Source of the DNA: Podarcis pityusensis
Lineage: Eukaryota
Length of the DNA stretch: 64,000 bases
Reading direction: 5' to 3' (one strand)
Assembly: GCA_964106645.2 (NCBI GenBank)
Contig: OZ067040.1
The first letter of the stretch is position 1; every line of letters begins with the position of its first letter. Made by a program: the position numbers and the translations under genes. The notes beneath the pieces were generated by a model. The model searched no databases. It saw only the letters and a program-made list of their open reading frames with translations, and was not told the origin of the DNA. Shown one piece after another: positions 24,976 to 37,992 of this stretch.

Positions 24976-25080
24976 ACCCAGAAATAAATTCTACACTGAA
25001 TGGTATTATTCCTAGGTGAGTGAGCGTAAGGTTGCAAGCACTTACATCTAACGCCGCCCTAAACTGCAATTATAAAATTT

Positions 25081-25459
25081 TGTTGTTGTTGTTTAGTCGT
25101 TTAGTCGTGTCCGACTCTTCGTGACCCCATGGACCAGAGCACGCCAGGCACTCCTGTCTTCCACTGCCTCCTGCAGTTTGGTCAAACTCATGTTAGTAGC
25201 TTCGAGAACACTGTCCAACCATCTCGTCCTCTGTCGTCCCCTTCTCCTTGTGCCCTCCATCTTTCCCAACATCAGGGTCTTTTCCAGGGAGTCTTCTCTT
25301 CTTATGAGGTGGCCAAAGTATTGGAGCCTCAGCTTCAGGATCTGTCCTTCCTGTGAGCACTCAGGGCAGATTTCCTTCAGAATGGATACGTTTGATCTTC
25401 TTGCAGTCCATGGGACTCTCAAGAGTCTCCTCCAGCACCATAATTCAAAAGCATCAATT
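25081..25459 (-). mobile_element. BovB (RTE) LINE 3' fragment
   Basis: ORF 25093..25422 (RVPWTARRSN...LMLGKMEGTRRRGRQRTRWLD...GVTKSRTRLND) is the BovB ORF C-terminus; (CAA)n tail. Confidence 0.95.
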
Positions 25460-25729
25460 TATTTAGAAATAAAAATCCGTAGCAGTAAATGTGACGTGCT
25501 GCTCGTTTCCATGCAAGTTTGCTTTGCAGTTAGTCCCGCTGAATTTGAGTGCAACCTACTTCTTAGTAAGTATACAGGTCATCACAGCTTTATGTCCAAA
25601 TAAATATGCTCAGAATTTGTGGGTGCACTGCAGCCACAGCCTTCTTGTCTAGATAAAACCCACAGAACCCTAGAGCTGCAATCTTGTGCATTCTTATCTG
25701 AGATAGATTTATTAAACACAATACTTTTA

Positions 25730-26115
25730 ATCAATTTATATCCCACTGTTCCTTAAATTAGCCCAAGGTCCACATTTCATCCTTTCCCCAACCCTGCAAG
25801 GAAGGTTAGGCTAAGAGATGTGCCTGGCGCAAGAAAGGCTGTTGAGTGGTGAGTTGAAGCCTGGTTTCCCAGATCCTAATTTGACACTCTTGACTACAGT
25901 GGTACCTCTGGTTAAGAACTTAATTCGTTCTGGAGGTCTGTTCTTAACCTGAAGCACTTCTTTAACTAATGGGGCCTCCCGCTGCCGCTGCGCCACCGGA
26001 GCACAATTTCTGTTCTCATCCTGAAGCAAAGTTCTTAACTATTTCTGGGTTAGTGGAGTCTGTAACCTGAAGCGCTTGTAACCCGAGGTACCACTGTACT
26101 ATGCTATGCTATACT
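25730..26115 (-). mobile_element. Older Squam3/MIR-like SINE interrupted by a MITE
   Basis: Reverse-orientation SINE body (caaccctgcaaggaaggttaggct...gttgaagcctggtttcccagatcc) split at a TA by the 25897-26096 element. Confidence 0.55.
25897..26096. mobile_element. Tc1/mariner (Tigger/pogo-like) MITE
   Basis: TIRs cagtggtacctc / gaggtaccactg, TA target duplication on both sides. Confidence 0.9.
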
Positions 26116-29100
26116 GATTCTGAGCAAATATGCATAAACTCATGCTGTATTCAAATTATGTTAATGTATTTTCACATTCTGTGTTGGAAGGGATTTGCAT
26201 GATGTGGGTGTGTCCCTCTGCTTAGTCCTGCCCAGCTCTGTCATGAGGGAAGCTGTAGCAATAGGCCAGCTGAAGCCACTGCCAGCAGCATCTCTAGGGT
26301 GGGGCTGGTGCAGCAAAAGAGTATCTATCCTACCTTCCACCCTGTCTGGTATGAGCAGAAGCTGTGCTGCTCCATCAAGCCCTGCCGTTGTTGGCCAGGG
26401 ACTTGGATCGACCCCTGAGCTTATGGGTAGGAAAGGACCCTGATCCAATCTACCTCACATTCCATTTGTTTCCACCTGATTATTGGAAACTTTACAACTC
26501 GCAGAACAGGCAAGTAGTAAGGGGCAAACTGCAGAGCACAGCATCATTCAAAAAGACATAACATAGCTCTAAACATCTGCAGCTGGATCTCAAGAGGTGC
26601 ATGTGCCAGATTGCCTGCCTGTGTCTCTTCTCTGACTCCTCACAGTGACAGCACTTAACCAAAGCAAAGATAAGGGAGATGATGCTGGGGACACATCAAA
26701 CAAGGCTGACAGCCACATCCATCCCATGAGCTCAATAGTAAAAGAATCATTTGGCAAGTTAGGGAAGGCTGATCCCCCACCCGACTTAGTGAAATCAAAC
26801 ACAATAATCTGTTTAACATCTGACATTCATTTCTGGAAATTTCCCACTATTATTTTCCTACATCTTAAATATAAAACACACCTCAGAGAAGTAAGGGAAC
26901 GATAGATTCTGGGTAAGCTGTGGGTTCAAAATAAGCCCTTTCCCATCCTAAAGTGGGGTGACTTTAATGAACCCACATACTGAATAAAGTAAGCTTGGAG
27001 AAAGAATAATTTAGAAACCAGAATATGACACCGGATTTCAGTTAATAATTTATCTTACCCCTTCAAATAAATGTAAACTGAACATTTTTCTCAACTTGTG
27101 TGCTGACTTTTATGTTTTATTTTGACAATCAAAAATAAACAAGTGTTTTTGTATCCCAATGGTATATATTTAGCAGACATTTTCATATTTTGCCTCCATT
27201 CAATTAAATACATATTCCTGTTTAACATTCTCTATACATTTTATACATAAAATATGTAAAAATACAGTAATAGGTTCATTTATTGCACATACAAAGTAAA
27301 TTATGCTTGCATTTCTCTTTGCTCATCATTACACAAGTATCCTCTGCAATATATTATTGGCCTGAATATTTTAATATAATCCAAGTTTACTAGTATACTG
27401 AAATATTAAGGAATAGAAAATCTGTTATTCATAGTGCATTCTAAATTTATTCTAAGTATCATCTGCCTCACAAAGTTCCTGGTTTAATCTATCATATGTA
27501 AACCATTGAGGAAAAATATAAAATATTTCATTTCGAAATTAAGTATTTTGAAATTCTAGACTTCTTTTCAACACACTGCTGTTCCCAACAGGCAAATCAA
27601 GTTCTCATTGTGCCTTATACATAAAACTCACAGCGACTCTTGAGTTGCTAAGCGAACACCCTTGCCTTGGGAAGTACTGGCCTGAAACTTTGTAGCCTAA
27701 ATTCCAATAGATCCAGGTTTTACAGTGTGCAGTTCCAAGATTTAGCCAGAAGATGGTGCCACTTGCACTGCTCAGTTACCATACTACAGTAGTGGTCGTA
27801 TCAGATTTCCTTCTATGATGCCTCCTTATCTGAGGAAGTGTTTTACAGTCAGAGGACTGATTTCAGTCTGAACCACAACCACATTAACATGGACATGCAA
27901 GTATAGAGAAAAAGAAGTCGAAGGTCAGGAGCCATTTCAAAAGGCTGAAAAGGTTGAAACGCATGGGGGGAAAGCAAAGAGGGAGAGGGAGAATAAGTGA
28001 TGGTGGAGCGTGTCTGTTATTGGGATACTGAATTCTAATTCTAGGGCTGAATATAAATACAAGAGGTGAAAACCTGAGGTAGTACAAGGAGATTGCAAGG
28101 GAGATTCGGGCAGAGATCCTTTTTTCAAAAATCACAGAAAACCACTCAACTATGATAGCTCCAGAAGTAGATAGCTAATTAGGCTTTTGTAGCATGAGCA
28201 GAACCCATACACTGTTCATTTGCTCTCATGAGCCAGCCAAAGTGAAGCATATTTAAAGCCCACTGATTTTAATGTGAGCATTAAAAAAGTGTAGTTAACT
28301 CCCTTTTAATTTGACAGAATTTAACTTTGGATTGCGTGAATTTTAAAGGATGCTCTTTAGAAAGGTGCCACTGAATTTTTTAAATATAATGTCTTTATTT
28401 CATGTAGAAACCAAAACATAAATCACATTCCAGAGCTTGTGTATGCATTCTTCAGAACTCCCGTACCAATGAATAGGTACCATTTCCTTTCAGTGTAAGA
28501 GGTTTTAACCCCTGTTGAAACAGATAACAAATTCCTGTATGCACTTGAATCTTCATGTCTTATCCCCAAAGTGCTGGAATGCAGTATTTAAAAAAAATTC
28601 TGGATATGATTGTGCATAAAAAGGTACATCTGAGTAAGCTACATTGTTCTAAATGTGCATGGGTGAGTGATGGATTTGTTGGGATAGATACGTAATCTGG
28701 AAATGATCAGTCACTGAAACTGATTAATTTACTTTAAATTATCAGATTAAATGTGGATCATCATGGATTACTACAGGTCACAACAACTCTCTCTCCAGTG
28801 CTGGGATTATAACATAATATCAATAAATTATCATTAAAACTGGAATTAGTGAGGTGGGTATGGAGACATTCTGGATGTATTCTGCAAGAAACTACTCAGA
28901 GATAGATGGATACGTATGTGCATGACACACTCACTGCTGTCCCATTATACAGCTTGTTAAATTGACTCTTTCTTTTGTTTTTAGCAGGCAGTGGGTTATA
29001 TCCAACAGTGTGGCTCCGCTGGTAAGCAAAGCTGCTGTGACTGGAAAGGGAGGGAAACAATTTCCCACGATTCCTCCTCCCTCTTGCAGCCCCTTACTTC

Positions 29101-30019
29101 CCTTAAATAGGCTCTGGAAGCCCCCCCCCCCCCGGCCAAACTACTTTCCTCCCCATTCCACTGATGGAAGCCTTACCATCGGCTAAGACACATAACTGGC
29201 TGGAACCCAATGGCTACAATTTAAAGAGTATCCTAGAATATGAGGGGTTCAGTGCACAGGAGAAACTTGGATTGTCCAGAAGCTGAAAAGGAGCATCCAC
29301 AAAGAGATTATAATTTTTCTTTAAAATTCTCCAAGTCCTAAAAGTAGATCATGTGGTGCACAGGTAAAAAATAAGAAGTAAAAAAACTGCATTTCACATG
29401 CGGAGCTAGTCCCACTGTCCTCTGTACAATAGAAATAATATGCATAAATCCATATTATTGAGGACAGTAATAAACAGCAGCCCTGATCCTTTGTAAGAGA
29501 CAGCAATATACCCCCACCCCCATATTTAATAGAAAAAAAAGTTGAGTACAGTCGGTAGTGTATATATTGTGTAAATCACAGAAACTAAGAAAATGTATAA
29601 TTATAAGTTATCCAGTCACCACCCTAAAATGTTGGGTGTGCAGTAAATCAGCATGCTTGACTATATGATGCTTTGCAGATAAAAATGGCAGAGAACATAA
29701 TGTACGACTAGAAAGTATATTTGGATATCTATAAGCAAATGCAAAACACTACTAAACCTTAGGCTACGTAAGTACAATCCTGGTAACAACACACACAACA
29801 TAACGGCCTGTTTTTGACTATGTAACTTGTATTTCAATCACAATTCAACATGTAATATCTCACAAAGTGTAATTCCATAGACCAACACATCATGCAAACA
29901 GAACATATCAAGAGAAATTAAAGTCCAATGGATGGTCAGGAGAGTTAGAATCTATACTGCCTCTCTGTTTAAAAAGGAACTTTGGCCAGTGATTGGATTT
30001 ATTTTGTTCCATGTTTCCG

Positions 30020-30250
30020 TCATACAAGAATATGGTATGTAAACTTGTTTAATTTGTATGTTATGTTACTTAGTTTGTATAAGGATTATGTTACATGATG
30101 TTTGTTTAATTTAGAGCATGCACAGCTGACGAAGCCCGGTTGGGCAAAACAAGGTATTATCCCGGAATCCTTGTCGTGCCATACCTTCAAGTTTTCCATC
30201 TGATCCGATATCTACATACAAGGAATGTTAGAATCCTCAAAGCAGCGATA
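30020..30250 (+). mobile_element. Probable Penelope-like terminal repeat with a hammerhead-like motif
   Basis: T/G-rich region followed by ctgacgaagcccggttgggcaaaacaagg...ccttgtc, the CTGANGAAG...(G)AAAC arrangement typical of PLE repeats. Confidence 0.45.
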
Positions 30251-30451
30251 CAGTCATACCTCGGGTTGAAGTAGCTTCGGGATGAATATTTTCGGGTCGC
30301 ACTCTGCCGCGACCCGGAAATAACGCAAACGCTCAAAATGACGTCATGCGCGGAAGCGGCGAAACGCGACCCGCGCAGACGCGTCTTACATTTACTTCAG
30401 GATGCGAACTGGGCTACGGAATGGATCCGTTCGTATCCAGAGGTACCACTG
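30251..30451. mobile_element. Tc1/mariner MITE
   Basis: TIRs cagtcatacctc / gaggtaccactg, TA duplication, CpG-rich (young) interior. Confidence 0.85.
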
Positions 30452-30871
30452 TACGTGGAAAATCATAAGATAAGCATACCATATTGTGGTTATTGCCAAT
30501 ATGCCAATTTAGGAACCGAATGGACTTGTGAGATATTATATGTTGAATTGTGCTTGAAATAGAAGTTACATAGTCAAAAACAGCCTGTTGCATTGTGTTT
30601 GTTGTTACTATATCTATAAGCAAAGTCAAATGTTCTGAAAAAGTAGCATAGTGACTATAGTCATGGTGCATATCTGAATACACTCCCATGTCAAGCACTC
30701 CTTGAATGTGAAAAGGGAGCACATAAGGTAGAAATGTTCTGTTTTAATGGTTCTGTTCTAATCTACTCCCTGATGTACTCAACTTTCTGCATATAGAACT
30801 CAACATGCATTCAGAAGAGAATCAGTTCTAGAAGAACTGTGCAACATGCCTTTTTTAAAATATATGAACTG

Positions 30872-30960
30872 ACAGAATTGTAAAGTTAGAAGGGACCCCG
30901 AGGGTCATCTAGTCCAGCCCCCTGCAATGCAGGAATCTCAACTAAAGCATACACAACAGA
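30872..30960 (-). mobile_element. CR1 LINE 3' end fragment
   Basis: agaattgtaaagttagaagggaccccgagggtcatctagtccagccccctgcaatgcagg. Confidence 0.75.
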
Positions 30961-31814
30961 GTAGAACTCAATTGTTGAGCTTGCAACTTAAACTACAGCA
31001 ATGTTTTAAAGGAACACGATTAGTGAATGGCACAGGCTAACTCTTAATGGTTGCACAAACAGAAAGCCTGTGCAATCTCTCTCTCTCTTCCCTACTCCCT
31101 TCTATACTCCCCCGAAAAAGCCTTCTCCAAAGGAGAGGGCTGCACAGTGAGGGTTGTGTTATACCAGCTTGCAGTGGGAGGGGGGAAATCACCAAAATTA
31201 GGTGGAAGAATTTTGCTCTATCCTCTGCTGTACAGTCCTCTGCCTCCCCTTTTTGCAAGAGAAAGGTAGAGAAAGAGACTGCTTATGTGAGCTGCAACCC
31301 TACCTCTGTATTAAGAAAAAATCAGGCACAACTCCAGTTCATTTCTCAATTCATGTTTTTTAAAATTTTGCTTATCCGAAACTGAAATTTCACTACAGTA
31401 TTCAGTTTCCAAGCACATTGTTTCAAATGCATTTTGGGGATTTAAATAATGAGCATGTGGGCTTATATTCAGAGAAACATGAAGTTATTTCCACTTACAC
31501 ATGACATGATTTTCTGTTCCTCCACTCTGGTGGCAGCTCAACATGCCCCTTCCAAAAGCAGCAACACAGGGTAATAAAACTGCATCCTCTGCTGTTTGAT
31601 GGGCAGCTGCCAATCAGCATAGTAAGCTACCCAACTTATGTGTGCATCTAGGTGCTTTGTGCATGCACCAGCTTCTCAGAACACAAGGCATTGTTTTTAA
31701 AGTAAGAAATCATGGTAAATTTTGTATTAGAGAACAGATAAAAGCACAATATTTACATTACTGCTGCATTTAAGAAAACACAAAAATAACTTAGACTTTC
31801 AGTCTTGATTACAG

Positions 31815-31945
31815 CTACAGTATTCTTTCATAGAAAAGCAAGTAAGCTTGTGAATTTAATACTCTTGATTCGGTAACTGCTTGTACATGGGTATCACTGA
31901 CATATACCCACTGTCCTGCAGTGGCTCCTACAGAGTCTTTCAAAC
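31815..31945 (-). CDS. USP45: USP45 last coding exon
   Basis: (G)[42 protein letters not shown]. Contains the USP-family WxxxSD and AYLLFY motifs; cag acceptor. Confidence 0.96.
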
Positions 31946-32609
31946 CTGAAATGCAAAAAACAAAACAAAAAGAGTTATTAATTACCATCATAGTGCAAAA
32001 GAGAATACAATATGACTAAGCCAGTAACTGTGAGAATTTTGAAGGTTTGCTATTGTATAAAATTCACTGAAACTTTGTTTTCATATTCTCAGTACTGCCA
32101 GCTTTGAAAATTGTCTTAGCAAAAGAGTACAAATGAGGAAAGGCAGTGTTTTCCCAACTGCATGCTGGAGTGAGCTAGGGTGGCCTTGAAAACTGAAGCT
32201 ACTTTGTTGGATACTTCCACTGCTCTGTGCTTGGGCAGGGAGACAAGGGCCAGTACTGGGGGCGGGGGGACAGAGAAGAAATGGAAATAAAAGTGCACAG
32301 AGCACCAAAACCCCACTACATGAGAAGTGGATTTCTCCTCCTTTCTAGCCTCTTGAGATTTCACTAGAAACTTGTCCATGTTACAAATACATTTCTGCTT
32401 CTGTGCAAGCTACACACTGATATTTAAAAAAAGAGAAAACTTAGCTTTTGAAGATATCCATTTTATGGGGCTGCTTTGTAAATTCAGAATCATTGAGTCT
32501 ACAGCACAGATATCCAGCAGTCCTGGATACTACACAGAGTCCTGAACAATGTTAAATGACGTATTATCTCCAATGTAGAAGATACAAGATTTCAGCAGTA
32601 AATGTTAAG

Positions 32610-32945
32610 TTAAGAAGAGCCCTGAAGACCCATCAAGTCCAGCACTCTTTTGTCTTGGTGGCTAACCAGATGCCTATGAGAAGCCTATGAGCAGAACCTA
32701 AGTGCAATAGTGCTCTCCCCACTGACTTCCAACAACTGGTATTCAGAGCCTTACTGCTTCCAACATAGTCATCATGACTACTAGCCATTCATGGCCTTAC
32801 TGTCCATGCGTCTGTCTAATATTTTAATGCCATCCAAGTTGGTGGCCATTATTACTACCTTGTGTGGGAGAGAATTCCACTGTTTTAATTATCATGTGCT
32901 GTGTGAAGAAGTACTTCCTTCAGTATGTCCTGAATTTTCCAGCAT
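32610..32945 (-). mobile_element. CR1 LINE 3' fragment
   Basis: taagaagagccctg...catccaagttggtggccatt...tgtgaagaagtacttcctt, typical of the squamate CR1 3' region. Confidence 0.6.
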
Positions 32946-33202
32946 CCAGATTCAAAAGTTACTATTTATGACCAAAGGCTGGAAATCTTGAATGTGCAAA
33001 TTATTGCAAGCATAAGAAACGGAATGTCTTAATTGTCCTTTTGCTGGAAAAAGGTGGGCTGGATCTAAAAGATAAATGTTTATTGTAGCCTGCAGAAGTA
33101 CTGAACTGATAAAACCAACTGCGTGATACCGAGAAAAGGGCATGCATTTAATGTACTAGATGTGCGTGTCCCCAAAATACATCATTTTATTTAGGTACAT
33201 AC

Positions 33203-33356
33203 CTTGAACATTTCTGTTGCTAGAAATGTGTTCCAAAATCTTTTTGGATGGTGCTCTGACTTTCACATATGCTGCATAGTGACCTCCTCGCATGGACCCA
33301 CTATGCTCCACTATTCCATAAAGAGAATAGAGAACTTTCCCACCATCTGCCACATT
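33203..33356 (-). CDS. USP45: USP45 exon with catalytic His box
   Basis: NVADGGKVLYSLYGIVEHSGSMRGGHYAAYVKVRAPSKKILEHISSNRNVQ. 154 nt. Confidence 0.97.
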
Positions 33357-33690
33357 CTTCATTGCAAAAACAAAAGGGAAACAGAAAGGGGGAAATGTGA
33401 TTTCTATGCAGTGAGTTTTGAGAACATACTCAGCTTAAAAATATAACAATTAGCAAAAACAGTGACAAGCCTTCACTAATTCTACATCTTAGGCTAGCAA
33501 AAGGTGTTGTTGTTTTAAGCTATTACCAATTCAGTACAGCTATCTTGACTTGGCAGAGAAATGAGGCTTTCTGAAATTTAAGGGGAAGCCTTAGGCTTCA
33601 CTTGAAAACAAAGACAGCTGTAAAAACTGAAGCCTGAAATTATCTTTGAAGTACTGTATAAATTGAAATGGTGCTTCTGACATGCCATAC

Positions 33691-33777
33691 CTTGCAAGAA
33701 GCAGAACAAAACGGAGCCAAGTCCAAAACAAGAGGGAAATCCACATGACGGTTTACTTTCCTTAGACTCATACCAGC
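33691..33777 (-). CDS. USP45: USP45 exon
   Basis: AGMSLRKVNRHVDFPLVLDLAPFCSASCK. 87 nt, cag/gtatgg boundaries. Confidence 0.96.
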
Positions 33778-34490
33778 CTGAAGAAGAAATGAAATATTTA
33801 CTGTTTCTACTTGAGTGCCACCTGAATCCAGCTGTACTGCAAAAGCACAGTACTGAACTTTTTAAATTCAAAAATTCTGAATCGACTGCAATGACAAGAA
33901 CAGTATACATACACTGACAAATTTACTTATTTACTTGTTACGTTGATAAGAAAATTGCTAAATTCAGTCATGCAGAAATGCAACATAGAAGGCTAAATTG
34001 CAGTACCACAAAGAGAAAGGCTGCATCTGTTGAAATTATGTATTGTACAGAACTAAACTGCATTTAAAAAAAATCCTATAAATCTAAAGACCCACTTACA
34101 AAATGGCTTAGTCATTTCTACCTTATTTATTTATAAACCACACAGTCATAGATAATATAACAAGGCAGTACACAACATTAAGAGCCAACAAATCCTACTC
34201 AGAGGATTTGAAACTCGTGAACCTTTGTTAGTCATGTGTATTAACTTCAATGGGGTCTGGTCAGAGTAGGATTAGCAATGGATACCACCCTAAAACACAA
34301 TTTTCTTTGGCTGTGTATAACAGGATCAAGTCTTTGATATTTCTTCCACAGTCAAAATGTGACATGGATGAGGATAATTTTCATCAGCAGAAGAATCACT
34401 AGTCACTCTGGAGAAAATACAGTTTTACAGAAATTCAGTACAGTCCAAAATTATAACTCCTTTCAATAACACCTTATTTCAAGACTTTAC

Positions 34491-34588
34491 CTGATGAAAT
34501 CTTTTCAGATGGAGAACAAGAACAGCAGGAACCGAAGAAATCAACAGCTGCTTCCTGGCATTTGTATATACACCTTCTATTTTCTTTT
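34491..34588 (-). CDS. USP45: USP45 exon
   Basis: (E)KKIEGVYTNARKQLLISSVPAVLVLHLKRFHQ. 98 nt. Confidence 0.96.
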
Positions 34589-36567
34589 CTGTACAGAAAA
34601 AAAAAACCAATTTTAAAAGCATGGCAATATTTTTTATTTTCTGTAGTATTTTAAGTATGCATACAATCCCCACAAAAATCCAGAAAGATGAATGTTTAGT
34701 AATAGTCCTATATTCCTATTTTTCAGATGGCAGCTGAGGTTAAATAAGCAATGATTTCCCTAAAGTCACCAACACAGCTAAATATCTGAGCCAAAAGTCT
34801 CCAAGATCTAATTCCATTAGACTTTCTACTGAGAACACTGGCTCAGTGAACATATTGAATGTTCAAAAATGGTCAGAAGGACCTCTCTTTTTTTGCTGGA
34901 TATTTTGGACATAATATTGGAGAAAAAATATTTCAGATTTGATTATTAATTTTATAGTCAAACTAAAGGAATGGCTCTGGGAAATCCTGTTGCCTCTAGC
35001 ACAGCAAATTTATGTAAGTCCTACTTCAATAGCAACTATCAGTTCTGAAAAGAAGAAAAACCTTCATGTACAGTACAGCAAGTATATGATATTACTGCTC
35101 ATCAGGACTGTGTGCTTTCCCTATGTTTTATACAGGTGAACATGGATGATATTCAGTCATATGAACTTACAACAGACACGGTGTTCGATGTTATGATTTA
35201 TAACTCACACATACAAATTTGTGTAAAAAAATTACAGAAAATCCACTTTTAAAACAGATAGATGGAAGAAACACTTATCAATTTTTAATTGGCCCGGACA
35301 CTCAAAACAGTGTTTCCATGCACTGAAGCAATATATCTCTGATTATCGGGTGCTAAGGGCAAACAACTTGTGGAAGTAGACAGACCTCAGTCTGGTCCAG
35401 CAAATCATATTGCTAAACTCCTAAATTATGTTCTGAAGGGAGTAAGTTTCTGCCAGAGAAAATTCAGCTAGAGGCAACTATTGCCACCTAGCCACTCTCC
35501 AACTGCATTATTTCCCATGTTTACAAATCACAAGACAAATCTCCATCTCTTTCACGTTGGAGTGATTTTGCTGAGAGGAACTAGGAGGCATCAATAGAAG
35601 AAGAAAAACACTGTAAATGCATTTTGGCCACAAGAGGGCATTAATATACAAATACAAACTAATGAAAGATGGTGACAAATGTCATATTTATTTAGGTCCT
35701 CTAGAATATATAAATCACACATGCACGTATAGACAAAACCTATTTATGCTACTGGAATAAATTACATATCTGGGGAATCTGCATAAATTTCATCAATCAC
35801 AAGCTTTGTATTATATGCCAATTAGAGTTAAGGTTTTGTGGAGTTTCTTGTTTTTTTTTAATTTGAAGTGCTTTGAATGTATCACATCAATATGTAATTG
35901 AGTGCATTTGTAGCCAAAATGGCATTATTCACACAGAAGAGGGACGTTATTAGCATGCTCTGGAGAATCTCAAGTTCTGTAGAGAGACAGCCAAAGAGGA
36001 CTGAGCTTGCCTGAGTGGGCATAGAATGACAACCAACTGTCCCGAATCCTGCACGGGAGCACTGCACACCACAACCTTATGTTGCAGGCCCCATTTGTGC
36101 TTGTGTCATACAAATGTAATGGTTAAAAAGATTTAAGATTATTGAAGAACTGTACTGAGGTCAAAAAGATTTGCAAAGACATGGTGAGATGAACAGGTTC
36201 CCCTCAAAAATGCACATTAGTTCAGTCTCTTAAATGTTGTGTTCTGTGGTGCAATCATACAGCTTTTCAGGGTCTCTTGGTTATTCAGCCAGAATCCAAA
36301 GGACTATTTTAGGCTGATCAAGGTCTTGGAAATGCTCAAAAAGAGTTCTGAACTTTATCTCTGGAGAGCAGACTTTCATGCTGGGTGACAAAAGGTCTTT
36401 GAAATTCCTCTCTGTTTCAAATGCAGTTTACCATGCAGGATGGTGGCTGCTTTTGAAGGCATATAATACATTCCCCATCCCTCCCCAAGTGTGCCAGAAT
36501 CATACACTCCTTTGGACCCTAGAAAGTTGTCTATGTGAAACAATATACTCAGCCACCATTTCATTAC

Positions 36568-37258
36568 CTGTGAAATTTCCTTTCTTCTGGTGCTTCTGTT
36601 TCCGTTCCGTACACTTCTCACACAAAAGTTTGTTGTTTCCCATTAAGAGCTCCACATATGTAAACTGGTAGAGGCATGACTGGACTGAACATTCTTTAGA
36701 ACTAGTTATGTAACACTGAGAAAGAGTCTGGAAAGCATTTTGAGGGTTTTGCAGTAATGTGGGGTTCTCTGCTGAAACGTCTATGTTGTTGGACAGACTT
36801 GACAGCTGATCTCTACTGAGAGTCCCTTCAGTCTCACTGACACCACTACCCAAGCAGAGGTTTGATAAGCCAGTAGTAAGTCCCTCTGTACCGCCATCAC
36901 TTGATTTGTTACACTGTGATTTAATGCTTGCAGATAAATGTTTATGCTCATCAGTGCACACACCAGGTGTGCTACAAGCTCTGCTGGAAGCAGTTTGCTT
37001 AGAATGACTTTCGCTTTCAGAGGCCTCACTGTCTGCACCAATGCTACTTTCAGAATGACTTGCTTCTTTTTCACTGCCTTCAGTCTGACTTCCATTTGCT
37101 GCAGATTCCATTACCGAACTGCTGTCTCCTGTATATGGAACAGCAGATCTGCCTTCACCTTTAGTGTTTCTGACTTTTTTGTGCATGATAAAATGTCTTG
37201 TTTCTTCTTCAGCAGAGGAGGATTTTTTGGCAAATCTTCTTTCATGATTTTCTTGGTT
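36568..37258 (-). CDS. USP45: USP45 large exon (insertion region plus CxxC finger)
   Basis: NQENHERRFAKKSSS...EKEASHSESS...PQNAFQTLSQCYITSSKECSVQSCLYQFTYVELLMGNNKLLCEKC...NFT. 691 nt, phase 0->1. Confidence 0.92.
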
Positions 37259-37992
37259 CTGTCAATTTCCACATCATTAGCAAAAGGGAGGAAAAAAACC
37301 CAAACGTAAGTCTGTTGAAAATCCATAAAAGCATTGCATTAACTCTTAAAAGCATATCGAAAAGATGGGTTTTAAAAATAAAAATAAAAAAAACAGTATT
37401 TATGCATTTGCTTTAAAATGTCTTTGGCGATGTACTCTAACCTGAAATATCCTACCTTTCTGAGACAGAAAAACCCTTTAACTTATCTTATGGAAACCCT
37501 ACAGCCCCTCCCAGGTGTTACGATCAGCAGAAGGGGCTTCTTGGTAGTTCCACTACCCTCAGGAGTTTGGGTGGTGGTGGTGGTCCTGGAGAGGGCATTC
37601 TCTATGGCAGACCCCAATATCCTCGTGGATTTCCATGGTCTTTATATAAGATGACAACAAAACCAGCCACAGAAGGCACAAAGACATACGATTTGATAAT
37701 GGTTTTGAGGGGATTCCTTGCACAAATGATGATGATCCATAAGTATCTGTGCATTGGATCCATGTTTTTGCAATGGCAGTGCTGGAAAGCTCTGGATCTG
37801 TGATGTTTACAGATCAGTGAACACAGACACAGCTGACCAGTTATTTGATAGGAGTTGCAGGGCAGTCCAGTTTCCTTTCCCCAAATAACTCGCCTACCCC
37901 CATGCCCTTCTCAGTTACTCCACCTTCTGGTTAAGCTACTCAGGTACAGATAAGCTCTGAAAAGTATATAGAGCTGAAAGAGGTAGTGCCTA

